Source of the DNA: Anaerolineae bacterium
GTDB lineage: Bacteria; Chloroflexota; Anaerolineae; B4-G1; SLSP01
DNA: 64,000 nt
Direction of reading: 5' to 3'
Assembly (NCBI GenBank): GCA_049975205.1
Contig: JBNGDL010000003.1
Span: 66,426-130,425, forward strand
A program made the position numbers and the translations under genes. Positions within the stretch are counted from its first letter, which is position 1, and the number at the start of each line of letters is the position of its first letter. This document shows, piece after piece, positions 37,344 to 47,658 of the stretch. The notes under the pieces were generated by a model. That model saw only the letters and a list, made by a program, of their open reading frames with translations. It ran no database searches and was not told where the DNA came from.

Positions 37344-38018
37344 ATGTCTGAGAATCTATCATCCGAATCGAGTCGGGTGCCTGTCGTACAGAAGCTGCTG
37401 ACGGCTAATGAAGAAGTAGCCGCGGACAACCGCGCGGAGTTCCAGGGGCGGGGGATCAAGGTCATCAACATCATGGCCTCCCCTGGCGCCGGCAAAACGA
37501 CGTTGCTCTTGGCCACCATCAAGGCGATGAGCGACAGAAGGATCGGCGTCATCGAGGGCGACGTTGCATCCCGGGTGGACGCGGACAAGATCGCCGCGAC
37601 GGGTATTCCTGTGGTCCAGATCAACACCGGGGGCGCGTGCCATCTGGATGCCCCAATGATCCGGCAGGGTATCAAGGCCCTACCGCTGGAGGATCTCGAG
37701 GTGGTCTTTGTGGAGAACGTCGGGAACCTCATCTGCCCTGTCTCCTTTGACCTGGGCCAGGATTTCAACATTGGCTTGATCAGCGTTCCTGAGGGACACG
37801 ACAAGCCCTATAAATACCCAGCCATCTTCGAGGCGGTGGATCTCGTGGTGGTTACGAAGTCGGACCTGTTGCCCTATATGGACTTTGAGCTGGACACGTT
37901 CAAGAGGCTGGTTGGTGGCCTGAATCCTGAGGTCGCGGTTCTGGTCCTCTCGGCCAAGACCGGGGAGGGCGTGGAGGACTGGATCAGCTGGCTGGAGGCT
38001 CGGCTGGGCAACGGGTGA
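37344..38018 (+). CDS. hypB: Hydrogenase nickel-incorporation GTPase HypB
   Basis: P-loop MASPGAGKTTLL and CHLDA. Confidence 0.9.
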   Translation: MSENLSSESSRVPVVQKLLTANEEVAADNRAEFQGRGIKVINIMASPGAGKTTLLLATIKAMSDRRIGVIEGDVASRVDADKIAATGIPVVQINTGGACHLDAPMIRQGIKALPLEDLEVVFVENVGNLICPVSFDLGQDFNIGLISVPEGHDKPYKYPAIFEAVDLVVVTKSDLLPYMDFELDTFKRLVGGLNPEVAVLVLSAKTGEGVEDWISWLEARLGNG

Positions 38019-38022
38019 TCGT

Positions 38023-40473
38023 GTGGTAACAACGAGAGCACAGGAGAGGACGGCTCGCCGCATTACCATCACCGGGGTTGTTCAGGGCGTCGGATTTCGC
38101 CCCTTTGTCTACAACTTGGCGATGGAAAGCGGGCTGGGCGGCTGGGTGCTGAACCACTCCGGCGGGGTCGATATCGAGGTCGAGGGACCCCCGCCGGAGG
38201 TCACGGCCTTTGTCGCGGACCTCGAGACCAAGGCGCCCCCGCTCTCCCAGGTCGAGTCCCTGGAGGCCAACCCGATTCCTGTCCAGGGCTACGACCGGTT
38301 TGAGATCCGTCACTCTGAGAGCCAGGAGGGCCGCTATCAACTCATCTCGCCGGATGTCGCCACCTGTCCTGACTGCGTGGCAGAGCTATTTGATCCTTCG
38401 GATCGACGGTATCGTTATCCCTTCATCAATTGCACCAACTGCGGTCCCCGATTCACGATCATCGAGGACATTCCTTATGACCGCCCCAAGACCACGATGC
38501 GCGTCTTTCCCATGTGTGAGGACTGCCAGCAAGAGTACGAGAATCCACGGGATCGCCGCTTTCACGCCCAGCCGAACGCGTGCCCCGTTTGCGGGCCTCA
38601 GATCTGGCTGGTTGAGCCGGAGGAGAGTGAGACGCAATTCGCGGGGACTGGCGACGGACCCCTGACCGATAGAGAGGGTGCCGCATACACTCTCACCGGG
38701 AACGATGCGGTGCTGGCTCGGGCGCGCACACTCCTGCTTCAGGGTAAGATCCTGGCAATCAAAGGGCTTGGAGGATTTCACCTGGCGTGCGACGCGACCA
38801 ACTCGGAAGCTGTTGCGACGCTCCGCGCGCGCAAACGGCGACCGCATAAGCCCTTCGCGATCATGGTACCGACTCTGGAGGATGCCAAAGCGCTGTGTGT
38901 GGTGCCGCCTGAGGCTGAAGCACTGATGACGTCGCCTCAGTCTCCCATCGTGTTGCTGGATGCCCGACCAGAGGCAAAGGTCGCCGAGAACGTAGCGCCG
39001 AACAGTCACACGTTGGGTGTGATGATCCCCTATACACCGCTGCACCATCTCCTGCTGCGGGATATCGGACGCCCGCTGGTCATGACCAGCGGCAACGTGA
39101 GCGAAGAGCCCATCGCGAAGGATAACGAGGAGGCGCTCCGGCGATTGCCCCCCCTGGCAGATGCCTTTCTGTTGCATGATCGTGACATCTACGCGAGATA
39201 TGACGACTCGGTGGTGCAGGTGATTGGGGGTATTGAACCAGAGAGCGAGCGTAAGGAGCGAGGATCGGAGGATACGCCTCCCACACAAGCGATCATCCAG
39301 CCGGTCCGCCGAGCTCGCGGCTATGCCCCTTTCCCGGTTCGCCTGCCCTTTGAGGCACCCCAGATCTTCGCCGCTGGCCCGCTGTTGAAGAACACGTTCG
39401 CCTTGACGCGGGAACGCTACGCTTTCCTTAGCCAGCACATCGGCGATCTCGAGAACCTCGACACGCTGGCGCACTATGAGGCAGCGCTTGCGACCTACCA
39501 CCATCTCTTCCGCCTCGAACCCGAGCTCGTGGCTTGCGACCTGCATCCTGACTACCTCAGCACACGCTTGGCGGAGACCTACGCGCAGGAACACGGCCTA
39601 CCAGCACCGCTTAGAGTTCAACATCATCAGGCGCACATTGCCGCCTGCCTGGCTGACAATGGCTGGTGTCCTGATCAGGACCAGGTGATCGGCGTCGCTC
39701 TCGACGGGACGGGGTATGGGGAGGACGGACATATCTGGGGCGGGGAGTGGTTTGTCGGTGATTACCACGGGTTCGGACGGGTAGCTCAGCTGGAATACCT
39801 CCCACTGCCGGGTGGCGATGCTGCCATCCGGCACCCTTGGCGTATTGCCGTCGCCTATCTTCACGCCTTGGGCATGGACGACCGTTTGCCGCTTGGTGAG
39901 TTCTGTCCCGCCGATGTGATGCGCGTCCGGACGATGGTGGACCGAGGCTTGAACACACCCCAGACCTCGTCAATGGGGCGGCTTTTCGACGCCGTGAGCG
40001 CGCTGGTCGGCGTCTGCCGTGAGGCCACCTACGAGGCGCAGGCGGCGATGGAGCTCGAGCAAGTCGCGGGCTGTCGGTCGGCAGTCGCCCCGCGTGGGGA
40101 CTTGAGCTCCGATCTAGCGGCGTATCCTTTTGAGATCGAAGGGACATCCACGCCCTACGTGGTTCGGCTCGCCAGCTTTTTCGACGCAGTGCTTGCGGAT
40201 ATGGGGCGAGGCTCGCCTGCCTCTGATATCTCGTTACGCTTTCACAGAACTGCGGCGGCGATGATCGAGACCGTGTGCTGTCGGGTGCGTGATGTGACAG
40301 GGATTGATACCGTCGCCTTGAGCGGGGGTGTCTTCCAAAATCGTTTATTGTTGGCCCTTACGCTGCCCAAGCTCGCTCAAGCTGGCTTCCGGGTTCTGCG
40401 TCACCAGGCGGTACCGCCTAACGACGGCGGTATCTCACTGGGTCAGGCCGCCATTGCAGCCTTTCGGAATTGA
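38023..40473 (+). CDS. hypF: Carbamoyltransferase HypF
   Basis: 816 aa. Acylphosphatase domain, two CxxC-x18-CxxC zinc fingers, YrdC-like and Kae1-like domains. Confidence 0.9.
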   Translation: MVTTRAQERTARRITITGVVQGVGFRPFVYNLAMESGLGGWVLNHSGGVDIEVEGPPPEVTAFVADLETKAPPLSQVESLEANPIPVQGYDRFEIRHSESQEGRYQLISPDVATCPDCVAELFDPSDRRYRYPFINCTNCGPRFTIIEDIPYDRPKTTMRVFPMCEDCQQEYENPRDRRFHAQPNACPVCGPQIWLVEPEESETQFAGTGDGPLTDREGAAYTLTGNDAVLARARTLLLQGKILAIKGLGGFHLACDATNSEAVATLRARKRRPHKPFAIMVPTLEDAKALCVVPPEAEALMTSPQSPIVLLDARPEAKVAENVAPNSHTLGVMIPYTPLHHLLLRDIGRPLVMTSGNVSEEPIAKDNEEALRRLPPLADAFLLHDRDIYARYDDSVVQVIGGIEPESERKERGSEDTPPTQAIIQPVRRARGYAPFPVRLPFEAPQIFAAGPLLKNTFALTRERYAFLSQHIGDLENLDTLAHYEAALATYHHLFRLEPELVACDLHPDYLSTRLAETYAQEHGLPAPLRVQHHQAHIAACLADNGWCPDQDQVIGVALDGTGYGEDGHIWGGEWFVGDYHGFGRVAQLEYLPLPGGDAAIRHPWRIAVAYLHALGMDDRLPLGEFCPADVMRVRTMVDRGLNTPQTSSMGRLFDAVSALVGVCREATYEAQAAMELEQVAGCRSAVAPRGDLSSDLAAYPFEIEGTSTPYVVRLASFFDAVLADMGRGSPASDISLRFHRTAAAMIETVCCRVRDVTGIDTVALSGGVFQNRLLLALTLPKLAQAGFRVLRHQAVPPNDGGISLGQAAIAAFRN

Positions 40474-40490
40474 GTAGAGGAGCACGTCAT

Positions 40491-40778
40491 ATGTGTCTAG
40501 CGATACCTACACAGATCAAAGCCATTGACGACAACGGAGTTGCCTTAGTGGAGCTCGGAGGCGTCGAGCGCCAGGTGAGCCTGATTATGACGCCGGAAGC
40601 AGAGGTCGGGGACTACGTCCTGATCCACACCGGCTATGCCATCACGTTGATGGATCCCGAGGAGGCCCAGGCATCCCTTGAGGCTTTTGCGGAACTAGCC
40701 CAGATCCAGGAAGAGATGGAGCGCGAAGCTTCGTCTCAGACTCCGCCCGCGAGCGCAACCCCTTTCCCAGAGGCATGA
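40491..40778 (+). CDS. hypC: Hydrogenase assembly chaperone HypC
   Basis: Starts MCLAIP, with the conserved N-terminal Cys2. ATG 40491 with an RBS. The ORF-track start is 40470. Confidence 0.9.
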   Translation: MCLAIPTQIKAIDDNGVALVELGGVERQVSLIMTPEAEVGDYVLIHTGYAITLMDPEEAQASLEAFAELAQIQEEMEREASSQTPPASATPFPEA

Positions 40779-40785
40779 CCCGGCG

Positions 40786-41898
40786 ATGAAGTTCGTGGAT
40801 GAGTTTCGAGATCCTGCTCTGGCTCGGAGACTGGTCGCCCAGATTCGACAGGAGGTAGCCGCCTACCCGGCGATCCGCCCGGTGCGGCTGATGGAGTTCT
40901 GCGGCGGGCACACCCACGCGATCTTCCGCTTTGGCCTCCGTCAAATGCTGGCTGGCGACGTCGATATGCGCTCCGGTCCCGGGTGTCCAGTCTGCGTGAC
41001 GGCAGCCTCCGATCTAGACAGGGCGATGGCCATGCCGAGCGCGGCGCCCGATTTGATCCTCACAACCTTTGGCGATATGGTGCGCGTGCCGGGAAGCCGT
41101 GGAACCTTACAAGAGGTGCGCGCCGAGGGTGGGGACGTGCGCATCGTCTATTCTCCCCTGGACGCGCTGGAGATCGCACGCAATAACCCAGACCGCGAGA
41201 TCGTCTTCCTTGGCGTGGGGTTCGAGACGACGGCGCCGGGAGTTGCGGCTGCCGTTCTCCAGGCCGAGCGTGAGTCTACGCCAAACTTCAGCGTGCTGAG
41301 CTTACACAAGTTGACGCCTCCCGCGATGATCGCGATTCTTGATGCGGGTGAGGTGGCTCTTGATGGCATTATCGGTCCTGGGCACGTCAGCGCCGTAATT
41401 GGCAGCGACGCTTGGCGATTCCTGCCTGATGAGTATGGGATCCCCTGTGCCGTCTCGGGCTTTGAGCCACTGGATATGCTGAGCGCGATCGCGGCTTTGG
41501 TGCACGCTGTTGCAGAAGGTGCTCCCGATGTCTTCAACACCTACGCGCGTAGCGTGCGCCCTGAGGGCAATCTCGTCGCCCGCAAGATGCTCGATCAGGT
41601 CTTTGAAGTTGGCGCCTCTGCGTGGCGTGGCTTCGGTTCGATCCCTGCAAGCGGATTGACGCTGCGTCCGGCCTATGCTCATTGGGATGCCGCCAAGCGC
41701 TTCCCCGTCGAGGTTGAGACTGCTTCAGAACCACCGGGCTGCCGCTGCGGAGAGGTGCTCCGCGGCACGATTGCCCCGACCGACTGTGCCCTCTTCCGCC
41801 GCGTCTGCACGCCGCGCAATCCCGTGGGCCCGTGCATGGTTAGCGCTGAGGGGGCCTGTGCCGCCTACTATAAGTACGCCGAGACCATTGTGAGCTGA
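40786..41898 (+). CDS. hypD: Hydrogenase maturation factor HypD
   Basis: MKFVDEFRD..., GPGCPVCVT and the C-terminal CxxC Fe-S motifs. Confidence 0.9.
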   Translation: MKFVDEFRDPALARRLVAQIRQEVAAYPAIRPVRLMEFCGGHTHAIFRFGLRQMLAGDVDMRSGPGCPVCVTAASDLDRAMAMPSAAPDLILTTFGDMVRVPGSRGTLQEVRAEGGDVRIVYSPLDALEIARNNPDREIVFLGVGFETTAPGVAAAVLQAERESTPNFSVLSLHKLTPPAMIAILDAGEVALDGIIGPGHVSAVIGSDAWRFLPDEYGIPCAVSGFEPLDMLSAIAALVHAVAEGAPDVFNTYARSVRPEGNLVARKMLDQVFEVGASAWRGFGSIPASGLTLRPAYAHWDAAKRFPVEVETASEPPGCRCGEVLRGTIAPTDCALFRRVCTPRNPVGPCMVSAEGACAAYYKYAETIVS

Positions 41899-41900
41899 CG

Positions 41901-42917
41901 ATGACAATAGACCGTATCCTACTGGCCCATGGCAGCGGAGGGATGCTCAGCCACGAACTGATCCGCGACCTGTTCCTGCACCACTTAGCTAATCCGCAGC
42001 TCGCCCAAATGGCCGACGCCGCTGTTCTTGACGATCTGCCACCGGGTCGCGTGGCTCTGACCACCGACTCTTACGTGGTGCAACCGCTCTTCTTCCCTGG
42101 AGGTGATATTGGCGAGCTTGCGGTCTGTGGGACGGTGAACGATCTGGCCGTGATGGGGGCGCGTCCCATCTACCTGACCGCGGGCTTCATCCTGGAAGAG
42201 GGGCTAGCCTTCGAGGCGCTCGAACGTGTTGTGGTCTCGATGGCTCAAACGGCGCGCATAGCTGGGGTCCGGATTGCCACAGGGGACACCAAGGTCGTCA
42301 ACCGCGGGGCCGCCGACGGGCTGTTCATCAACACCGCTGGTGTGGGCGTGATCCCGCCGGGGATCAATCTGGGCCCGCATCGGATCCAATCGGGTGACGC
42401 TATCCTTGTCAACGGAACTCTTGGGGATCACGGTATCGCTGTGATCATGAAGCGTGAGGGTATGAGCTTTGGGTCGGCGCTCGAGAGCGATACGGCGCCC
42501 CTCAACGGCTTGATCGAGGCCTTGCTGACCGCTTTGCCCGACCAGATCCATTGGATGCGCGATCCGACCCGCGGCGGCTTGGCCACCGTCCTTAACGAGT
42601 GGGCAGAGACAGCCGGTATAGGTATTGAACTCACGGAAGCGGCGATCCCGGTCCGAGAGGAGGTCCGCGCGGCCTGCGAGTTCTTGGGCCTCGATCCTCT
42701 GTACGCAGCCAACGAGGGAAAGGTCGTCCTCGCCGTTGACGCCAGCGCCGCCGAGACAGCCTTGGAGATTCTGAAGGTTCATCCTCTGGGTCGGGATAGT
42801 GCCACGATCGGACGCGTCACCGACGCACACCCGGGCCACGTTATCTTGGAGACCCCTTACGGCGCCCGCCGCATCATTCAGATGCTGACCGGCGCGCAGT
42901 TACCTCGTATTTGCTAG
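41901..42917 (+). CDS. hypE: Hydrogenase maturation factor HypE
   Basis: AIR-synthase-like fold with the C-terminal PRIC motif. Confidence 0.9.
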   Translation: MTIDRILLAHGSGGMLSHELIRDLFLHHLANPQLAQMADAAVLDDLPPGRVALTTDSYVVQPLFFPGGDIGELAVCGTVNDLAVMGARPIYLTAGFILEEGLAFEALERVVVSMAQTARIAGVRIATGDTKVVNRGAADGLFINTAGVGVIPPGINLGPHRIQSGDAILVNGTLGDHGIAVIMKREGMSFGSALESDTAPLNGLIEALLTALPDQIHWMRDPTRGGLATVLNEWAETAGIGIELTEAAIPVREEVRAACEFLGLDPLYAANEGKVVLAVDASAAETALEILKVHPLGRDSATIGRVTDAHPGHVILETPYGARRIIQMLTGAQLPRIC

Positions 42918-43171
42918 ATAGGCTTCGTCTCACATATTCTGTCAGACGAAGCCTTTTCGCACTCCTTCCGCGCCCACAGAGCGACATGCCCTTTGTGTCG
43001 CTCGCGACAAGCGCACGCAGCTGGAATCGTCTTTCTAGTTCCTTTCCTGATGCGAAGGCATCTTGTGCCCTGTTGCGGTCGGTAGAGGAACCCCATCTCG
43101 ACTGCATTCAGCCGCTGTCCAGCACCTGTGTCGACAGCCTCCCATGATCGCCACTAACTTTCCAAGGGCGC

Positions 43172-43200
43172 TTGACGTCATTACGATGCATGGGTATACT
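43172..43200 (+). promoter_or_regulatory. Near-consensus sigma70 promoter: TTGACG, 17-nt spacer, TATACT
   Basis: TTGACG at 43172-43177 and TATACT at 43195-43200. It lies about 425 nt upstream of the sugar-binding protein start, which implies a long leader. Confidence 0.45.
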
Positions 43201-43554
43201 ATTAGTACAAATGGTATACGGACGCTGAGGCCGCCAAAGACGGCGAAGGAATCGGAGGCGGCGCGGTAGGCTAAGGCGACCAAGCCATCGAAAGGAAAGG
43301 GTGATTGACGAAAAGTCCATCTCCGGGCGTGCGATGTCTACCTAGCACCCGGAGGAGAGGTCGTGTTTTCTAATGCTCGGCCCCTTACAGGAGGGATTGA
43401 CCGGCGGGTCCTCACAGGCTATCTCCATCCTCCATCTACTCATCTGAATCCGTTTGACCGTCCTACCATGCCAACCGGGTCCTCCGGGAGGTCCACTGGA
43501 ATTGGATCGGGTTATTGTGCGTTTCCGCAGAACGGTCGCAGTTACGTGGTGTAT

Positions 43555-43572
43555 GCCGTCCTCGGCCTTTTT
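43555..43572 (+). terminator. Weak terminator/attenuator-like hairpin plus T5 inside the long leader
   Basis: GCCGtcctCGGC followed by CTTTTT at 43568-43572, about 55 nt upstream of the SBP start codon. The stem is only 4 bp. Confidence 0.25.
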
Positions 43573-43626
43573 GCTACGCATAGACAGTTCTGGATCGCAG
43601 CCTATCCCGCAAGGAGGAAGGTCAAC

Positions 43627-45000
43627 ATGTCGCACAGAGTAAGGAACGTGTCCAAAATCGGATGGTTACTGCTCGTTGTGTTGTTACTAGCTTCAATGCT
43701 CACGGCTTGTGCGCCTGAGGAGACGGCTGAGCCGACGGTAACCCAAGCCACGGAGCCGATCCCGACAGAGGAGGAAGTAGAGCCGCCACCAGCAGAGGAG
43801 GTGTTGCAGGGAGAGATCCGCGTCGCCGTCGTGCGCGGTGCCATGATCGACACCATGCGCGACCTGGCTGATCAGTTCGAGGATCGTCACCCGGAGGTTG
43901 CCATCAATGTAGAGGAGGAGCCCGAGGGTGGTGCGTTCGAGGCCTTGATCGCTGCCGGGAATCAGCCGGATATCATTGTGGCCTCCTTCGGGCCGCAGAT
44001 TGGACGACTGGCAGCCCAGGAATCTGTAACAGCACTCGAAGATATGCCCGGTGCACAGGAGCTCTTTGACCGCTTGGAGCCAGCTACGGTTGAGCAACTC
44101 TACGGTCACAACTACTACGTGCCCATCGGCGCTGATGTGACGGTCATGATATACAACAAGCAGCTCTTTGAGGAGGCTGGTCTGGATCCTGACAATCCAC
44201 CCGAAACGTGGGATGCATTCCTCGAGGCTGCGGAGATGATCAACGATCTCGAAACCTGCGAGTACGGCGACCGGACCTATGGCACGGTTTTCTGGAACGA
44301 GGCTCTTCAGTGGGGTGGCTGGTACTGGAATATGCTGCAGCCGATGTATCTGAACGCAAATCAGGCGCAGTGCCAGCTGCTGAACCGCCTTGGAACCGAT
44401 ATCGTCTTCGATCAGCCTGATTGTCAGATGGCTGAGTTCTTCGCGTTCAACGCCGAGGCCCAGGAGTTCGCCCCGCCGACGATGGAGCAGAACTTTTTTA
44501 GCCGCTGTATGGGCATGTGGTTACAGTACGGCTATTCCTGGGAGCCTAACCTTCGAGAGGCAGCCGGCCAACCTATGGTCATTGGGGAGGATGTTGGCGT
44601 GGCCCCGGTGCCGGCACCGAATGAAGGAGACACGCGCTATACGACTTACGGCGGTCGTGGCTTGATGATCTTGAAGACCGAGCCTGCCCGCGAGCAGTTG
44701 GCATGGGAGTTCCTCCTGTTCCTGATGGAAGAGGACCCCAACATGACGTTCCTCACGGAGTTGGGCTATCTTCCGACGCTCATCGCCCTGAGAGATGAAG
44801 ACTACTTCCAGGATCCTGCCCGTCAGCCATTTGTGGAAGCTCTTGAGAACGGTGTATTGCCCGAGCAGATCGGGACTGCAGATGCAGTGGCCAACAGCAT
44901 CCTGGGTGTGTATCAGGAGGCGTGTGTTGAGGGCACCCTTGAACCTGAAGCGGCTGTGGAAGAGGCTGCTCAACGGGCCCGGGAGGTGCTAGAAGAGTAA
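43627..45000 (+). CDS. ABC transporter extracellular solute-binding protein (family 1, sugar/oligosaccharide) lipoprotein
   Basis: ATG 43627 with an RBS AGGAGG. Lipoprotein signal LLVVLLLASMLTAC. SBP_bac_1-like length and composition. Confidence 0.8.
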   Translation: MSHRVRNVSKIGWLLLVVLLLASMLTACAPEETAEPTVTQATEPIPTEEEVEPPPAEEVLQGEIRVAVVRGAMIDTMRDLADQFEDRHPEVAINVEEEPEGGAFEALIAAGNQPDIIVASFGPQIGRLAAQESVTALEDMPGAQELFDRLEPATVEQLYGHNYYVPIGADVTVMIYNKQLFEEAGLDPDNPPETWDAFLEAAEMINDLETCEYGDRTYGTVFWNEALQWGGWYWNMLQPMYLNANQAQCQLLNRLGTDIVFDQPDCQMAEFFAFNAEAQEFAPPTMEQNFFSRCMGMWLQYGYSWEPNLREAAGQPMVIGEDVGVAPVPAPNEGDTRYTTYGGRGLMILKTEPAREQLAWEFLLFLMEEDPNMTFLTELGYLPTLIALRDEDYFQDPARQPFVEALENGVLPEQIGTADAVANSILGVYQEACVEGTLEPEAAVEEAAQRAREVLEE

Positions 45001-45108
45001 TGACGATGGACACGGCGTGGGTTCCTGCGCCGTGTCCATCTCTCACTACCTCCTGATGAACGGATGGTCAATCCAAACCGTAGACGTAACTTCTGATTCG
45101 GAGGGCGG

Positions 45109-46026
45109 ATGGAAGAGCGTGGTAGCTTGAGTGAGCTATGGCTTCGTGTACGCAATAACTACTGGGGCTACATCTTTGTGGCTCCCTGGGTCTTCTTGTA
45201 CCTCATCTTCGGGATCTATCCCCTCCTTTTGTCTTTCTACCTCACGTTCTTTGATTACTCCTTCGTGCGTCCCGAAAACTACGTCTTCGTCGGCATAGGT
45301 CAGTGGCTGCAGGGTATCATAGATCCGCTCTTCTGGAAGAGCGTCTTCAACATCTTCTATAACCAGTCGATCTTCATCCTTCTGAAGAATGGCTTAGGCT
45401 TGATTGCTGCGCTGTTGCTCTTTCGGGTGAGGCGATTGGATAAGCTCTTCCGCACGATCTACTTTATGCCTGTGGTGACCTCGGTCGTGGTGCTGATGGT
45501 GATCGGCAACTATCTCGCCAGTCCAACAGGCCCAATCCAGAGCTTTTTGGTCAACGCGGGGATCTTGAAAGATCCTGTCTTCTGGAAGACGCTCCGCTGG
45601 CTGCCGATGCCCATTCTGGCGGTCATCAACACTTGGAAATGGTTTGGTATCGGCACCGTGATCCTTCTGGCGGGCTTGGTGGCTATCGATGCGCGGCTGT
45701 ATGAGGCTGCGTCGATCGACGGGGCTAACGATTGGCAGCAGTTCCGCTTCATCACCCTGCCCCAGCTACGTCCTCAGATGTTCTTCCTGCTCGTGGTTGA
45801 CCTGATCAACGGTTTGCAGATGTTCACCGAGGTGTTTACCATCGGCTTCAATGTCTATGGGGGGCATAGCAACCAGGCTCTCACGCCCGTTCTCTATCTG
45901 TATGCGTGGGCGTTCGACCGCTCAAACATAGGGTATGCTTCGGCGCTAGGCCTGCTGCTGGCTGTGATCATTGCTCTCCTGACGGTTCTTCAGTTCCGGG
46001 TCTTCCCTCGGGAAGCTAAGTTATGA
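45109..46026 (+). CDS. ABC sugar transporter permease (MalF/UgpA-like)
   Basis: Six TM helices. EAA-like loop EAASIDGANDWQQFRFITLP. Confidence 0.8.
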   Translation: MEERGSLSELWLRVRNNYWGYIFVAPWVFLYLIFGIYPLLLSFYLTFFDYSFVRPENYVFVGIGQWLQGIIDPLFWKSVFNIFYNQSIFILLKNGLGLIAALLLFRVRRLDKLFRTIYFMPVVTSVVVLMVIGNYLASPTGPIQSFLVNAGILKDPVFWKTLRWLPMPILAVINTWKWFGIGTVILLAGLVAIDARLYEAASIDGANDWQQFRFITLPQLRPQMFFLLVVDLINGLQMFTEVFTIGFNVYGGHSNQALTPVLYLYAWAFDRSNIGYASALGLLLAVIIALLTVLQFRVFPREAKL

Positions 46027-46038
46027 GCGAGGCGATTC

Positions 46039-46866
46039 ATGAGATTCCGCCGCATTGACATAGGCCAGATCCTTACCTACCTATTGCTGAGCATAGGCGC
46101 CCTCGTCCTGATTTATCCATTCCTCTACATGGTCATGAACTCGGTCAAATACGGACGAGAGATTCTCCACTCGCCGACCAGCTTGCCGAGCGAGATCACC
46201 TTCTCCGGCTATGTGGGGGTCTTCGAAGAGCTCAATATGCTCCTGTTATTCCGGAACTCGTTGATCCTGGCTGTCTCCATCACAGTACTGAATACTTTCC
46301 TCAGCTCTCTCGCGGCTTATGCCATTGCCAAAATCCCTTTCCCGGGCCGCGAGCAGTTGTTTGCGTTCATGCTCGCCACGATGATGATTCCGGGCGTGCT
46401 CTTTCTGATCCCCACTTACGTGATCATCTACAATTTGGGCTGGGTGGGGCAATTCCAGTCCCTGATCATTCCGTCAGCCGTGTCGGTCTACAATATCTTC
46501 CTGATCCGACAGTTCATGGTGGGTATCCCTGACGAGTTGTTGGAGGCGGCCCGGTTGGATGGTGCCAATGAGCTGGGCATTTTTTTCCGCATCATTCTGC
46601 CGCTCACGCGCCCCGTACTGTCAACGGTGGCCATCCTCAATTTCATGGGAAGTTGGAACGACTTCCTTGGCCCCTTTCTCTATCTGAACGATCCCGAGAC
46701 CTGGACCGTTCAGCTTGGTTTGCACCAGTTCAACACCTCCATCCCTGGCGAGAATCTGCAGGAGGTCTGGGCAGCTACTACTCTCATCACTGTGCCGCTC
46801 ATCCTCGTTTACTTCTTCCTGCAAGATCAGTTTATGCAGGCCTTTGCGAATGTCAGTCTCAAGTAG
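46039..46866 (+). CDS. ABC sugar transporter permease (MalG/UgpE-like)
   Basis: EAA loop LEAARLDGANELGIFFRIILP. Confidence 0.8.
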   Translation: MRFRRIDIGQILTYLLLSIGALVLIYPFLYMVMNSVKYGREILHSPTSLPSEITFSGYVGVFEELNMLLLFRNSLILAVSITVLNTFLSSLAAYAIAKIPFPGREQLFAFMLATMMIPGVLFLIPTYVIIYNLGWVGQFQSLIIPSAVSVYNIFLIRQFMVGIPDELLEAARLDGANELGIFFRIILPLTRPVLSTVAILNFMGSWNDFLGPFLYLNDPETWTVQLGLHQFNTSIPGENLQEVWAATTLITVPLILVYFFLQDQFMQAFANVSLK

Positions 46867-46890
46867 GAAAGAGCGAAAGGATAGCTTACG

Positions 46891-47502
46891 GTGACCACGA
46901 TCCAGCAACCGACAGCGACTCTCGGTGGGGGCGCAGCGGAGCCTGAAGCGGAGGTTGGGGCGAACGGAGGTGTTCCGATAAGCCTCACCATCGGCTTGCC
47001 ATTTGTGCTGCTTCTCTTTGCAGGTACCTACATCCTCGGGTGGTACAATGCCTATAGGCTAAGCATTCGGTTTCTCGAGAATGCGAACCAGAGCTATCAG
47101 GAAGGGCAATACTTGGAGGCGCTGACCGGTGGCGAGGTCTACAATGAAGAGGAACAACAATATGAGCAGCTCGGGGGGTATATAGATGTGGAGCGTATCT
47201 GGTCGCACCGCTATTCCTGGCCAAAGCCTGGTTTGGTTGGGGATGCCGAGCAACGCATTGACGAGATCATCAGCCAGCACCTGACTATCGCTCAGGCAGA
47301 GCAGTATATCCAGGCCAACATCGGCAAGAACGCCCCACACTTCGCCGAGATCTACCTGCGGCTTGGCGAGCTCTATCTGCAGGAGGGAGATGAGATGGCT
47401 GCCCGGGACATCTTCGAATCGGTTCCCGAGCTTTTCCCTCGCCTCGAAGACCTGATCCAAGAGGCTCAGAAGTACCTAGAGGAGTTGGAGCAATCCCAGT
47501 AG
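46891..47502 (+). CDS. Hypothetical membrane-anchored helical protein
   Basis: 203 aa. One TM helix (ISLTIGLPFVLLLFAGTYILGW), then an acidic helical region. Confidence 0.4.
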   Translation: MTTIQQPTATLGGGAAEPEAEVGANGGVPISLTIGLPFVLLLFAGTYILGWYNAYRLSIRFLENANQSYQEGQYLEALTGGEVYNEEEQQYEQLGGYIDVERIWSHRYSWPKPGLVGDAEQRIDEIISQHLTIAQAEQYIQANIGKNAPHFAEIYLRLGELYLQEGDEMAARDIFESVPELFPRLEDLIQEAQKYLEELEQSQ

Positions 47503-47658
47503 GGAATTCGTCGTTAGTCCCGCTCGACTTCGCGTTCCTGGAAACCACTGCCGCGCCATAGGCCGGGAGGGATACCTGTTGTTGTCCGCGACCTGGTTCC
47601 GGTGCCGCCTAACGCGCTGGAACCAGTTCTCTATAAGCCAATGAGGGACAAGAGACCT

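Noticed and set aside
38386-39594. A 402-aa - strand ORF inside hypF
   Set aside because: Antisense to HypF, which has all four expected domains. Composition is biased toward Arg/Gln.
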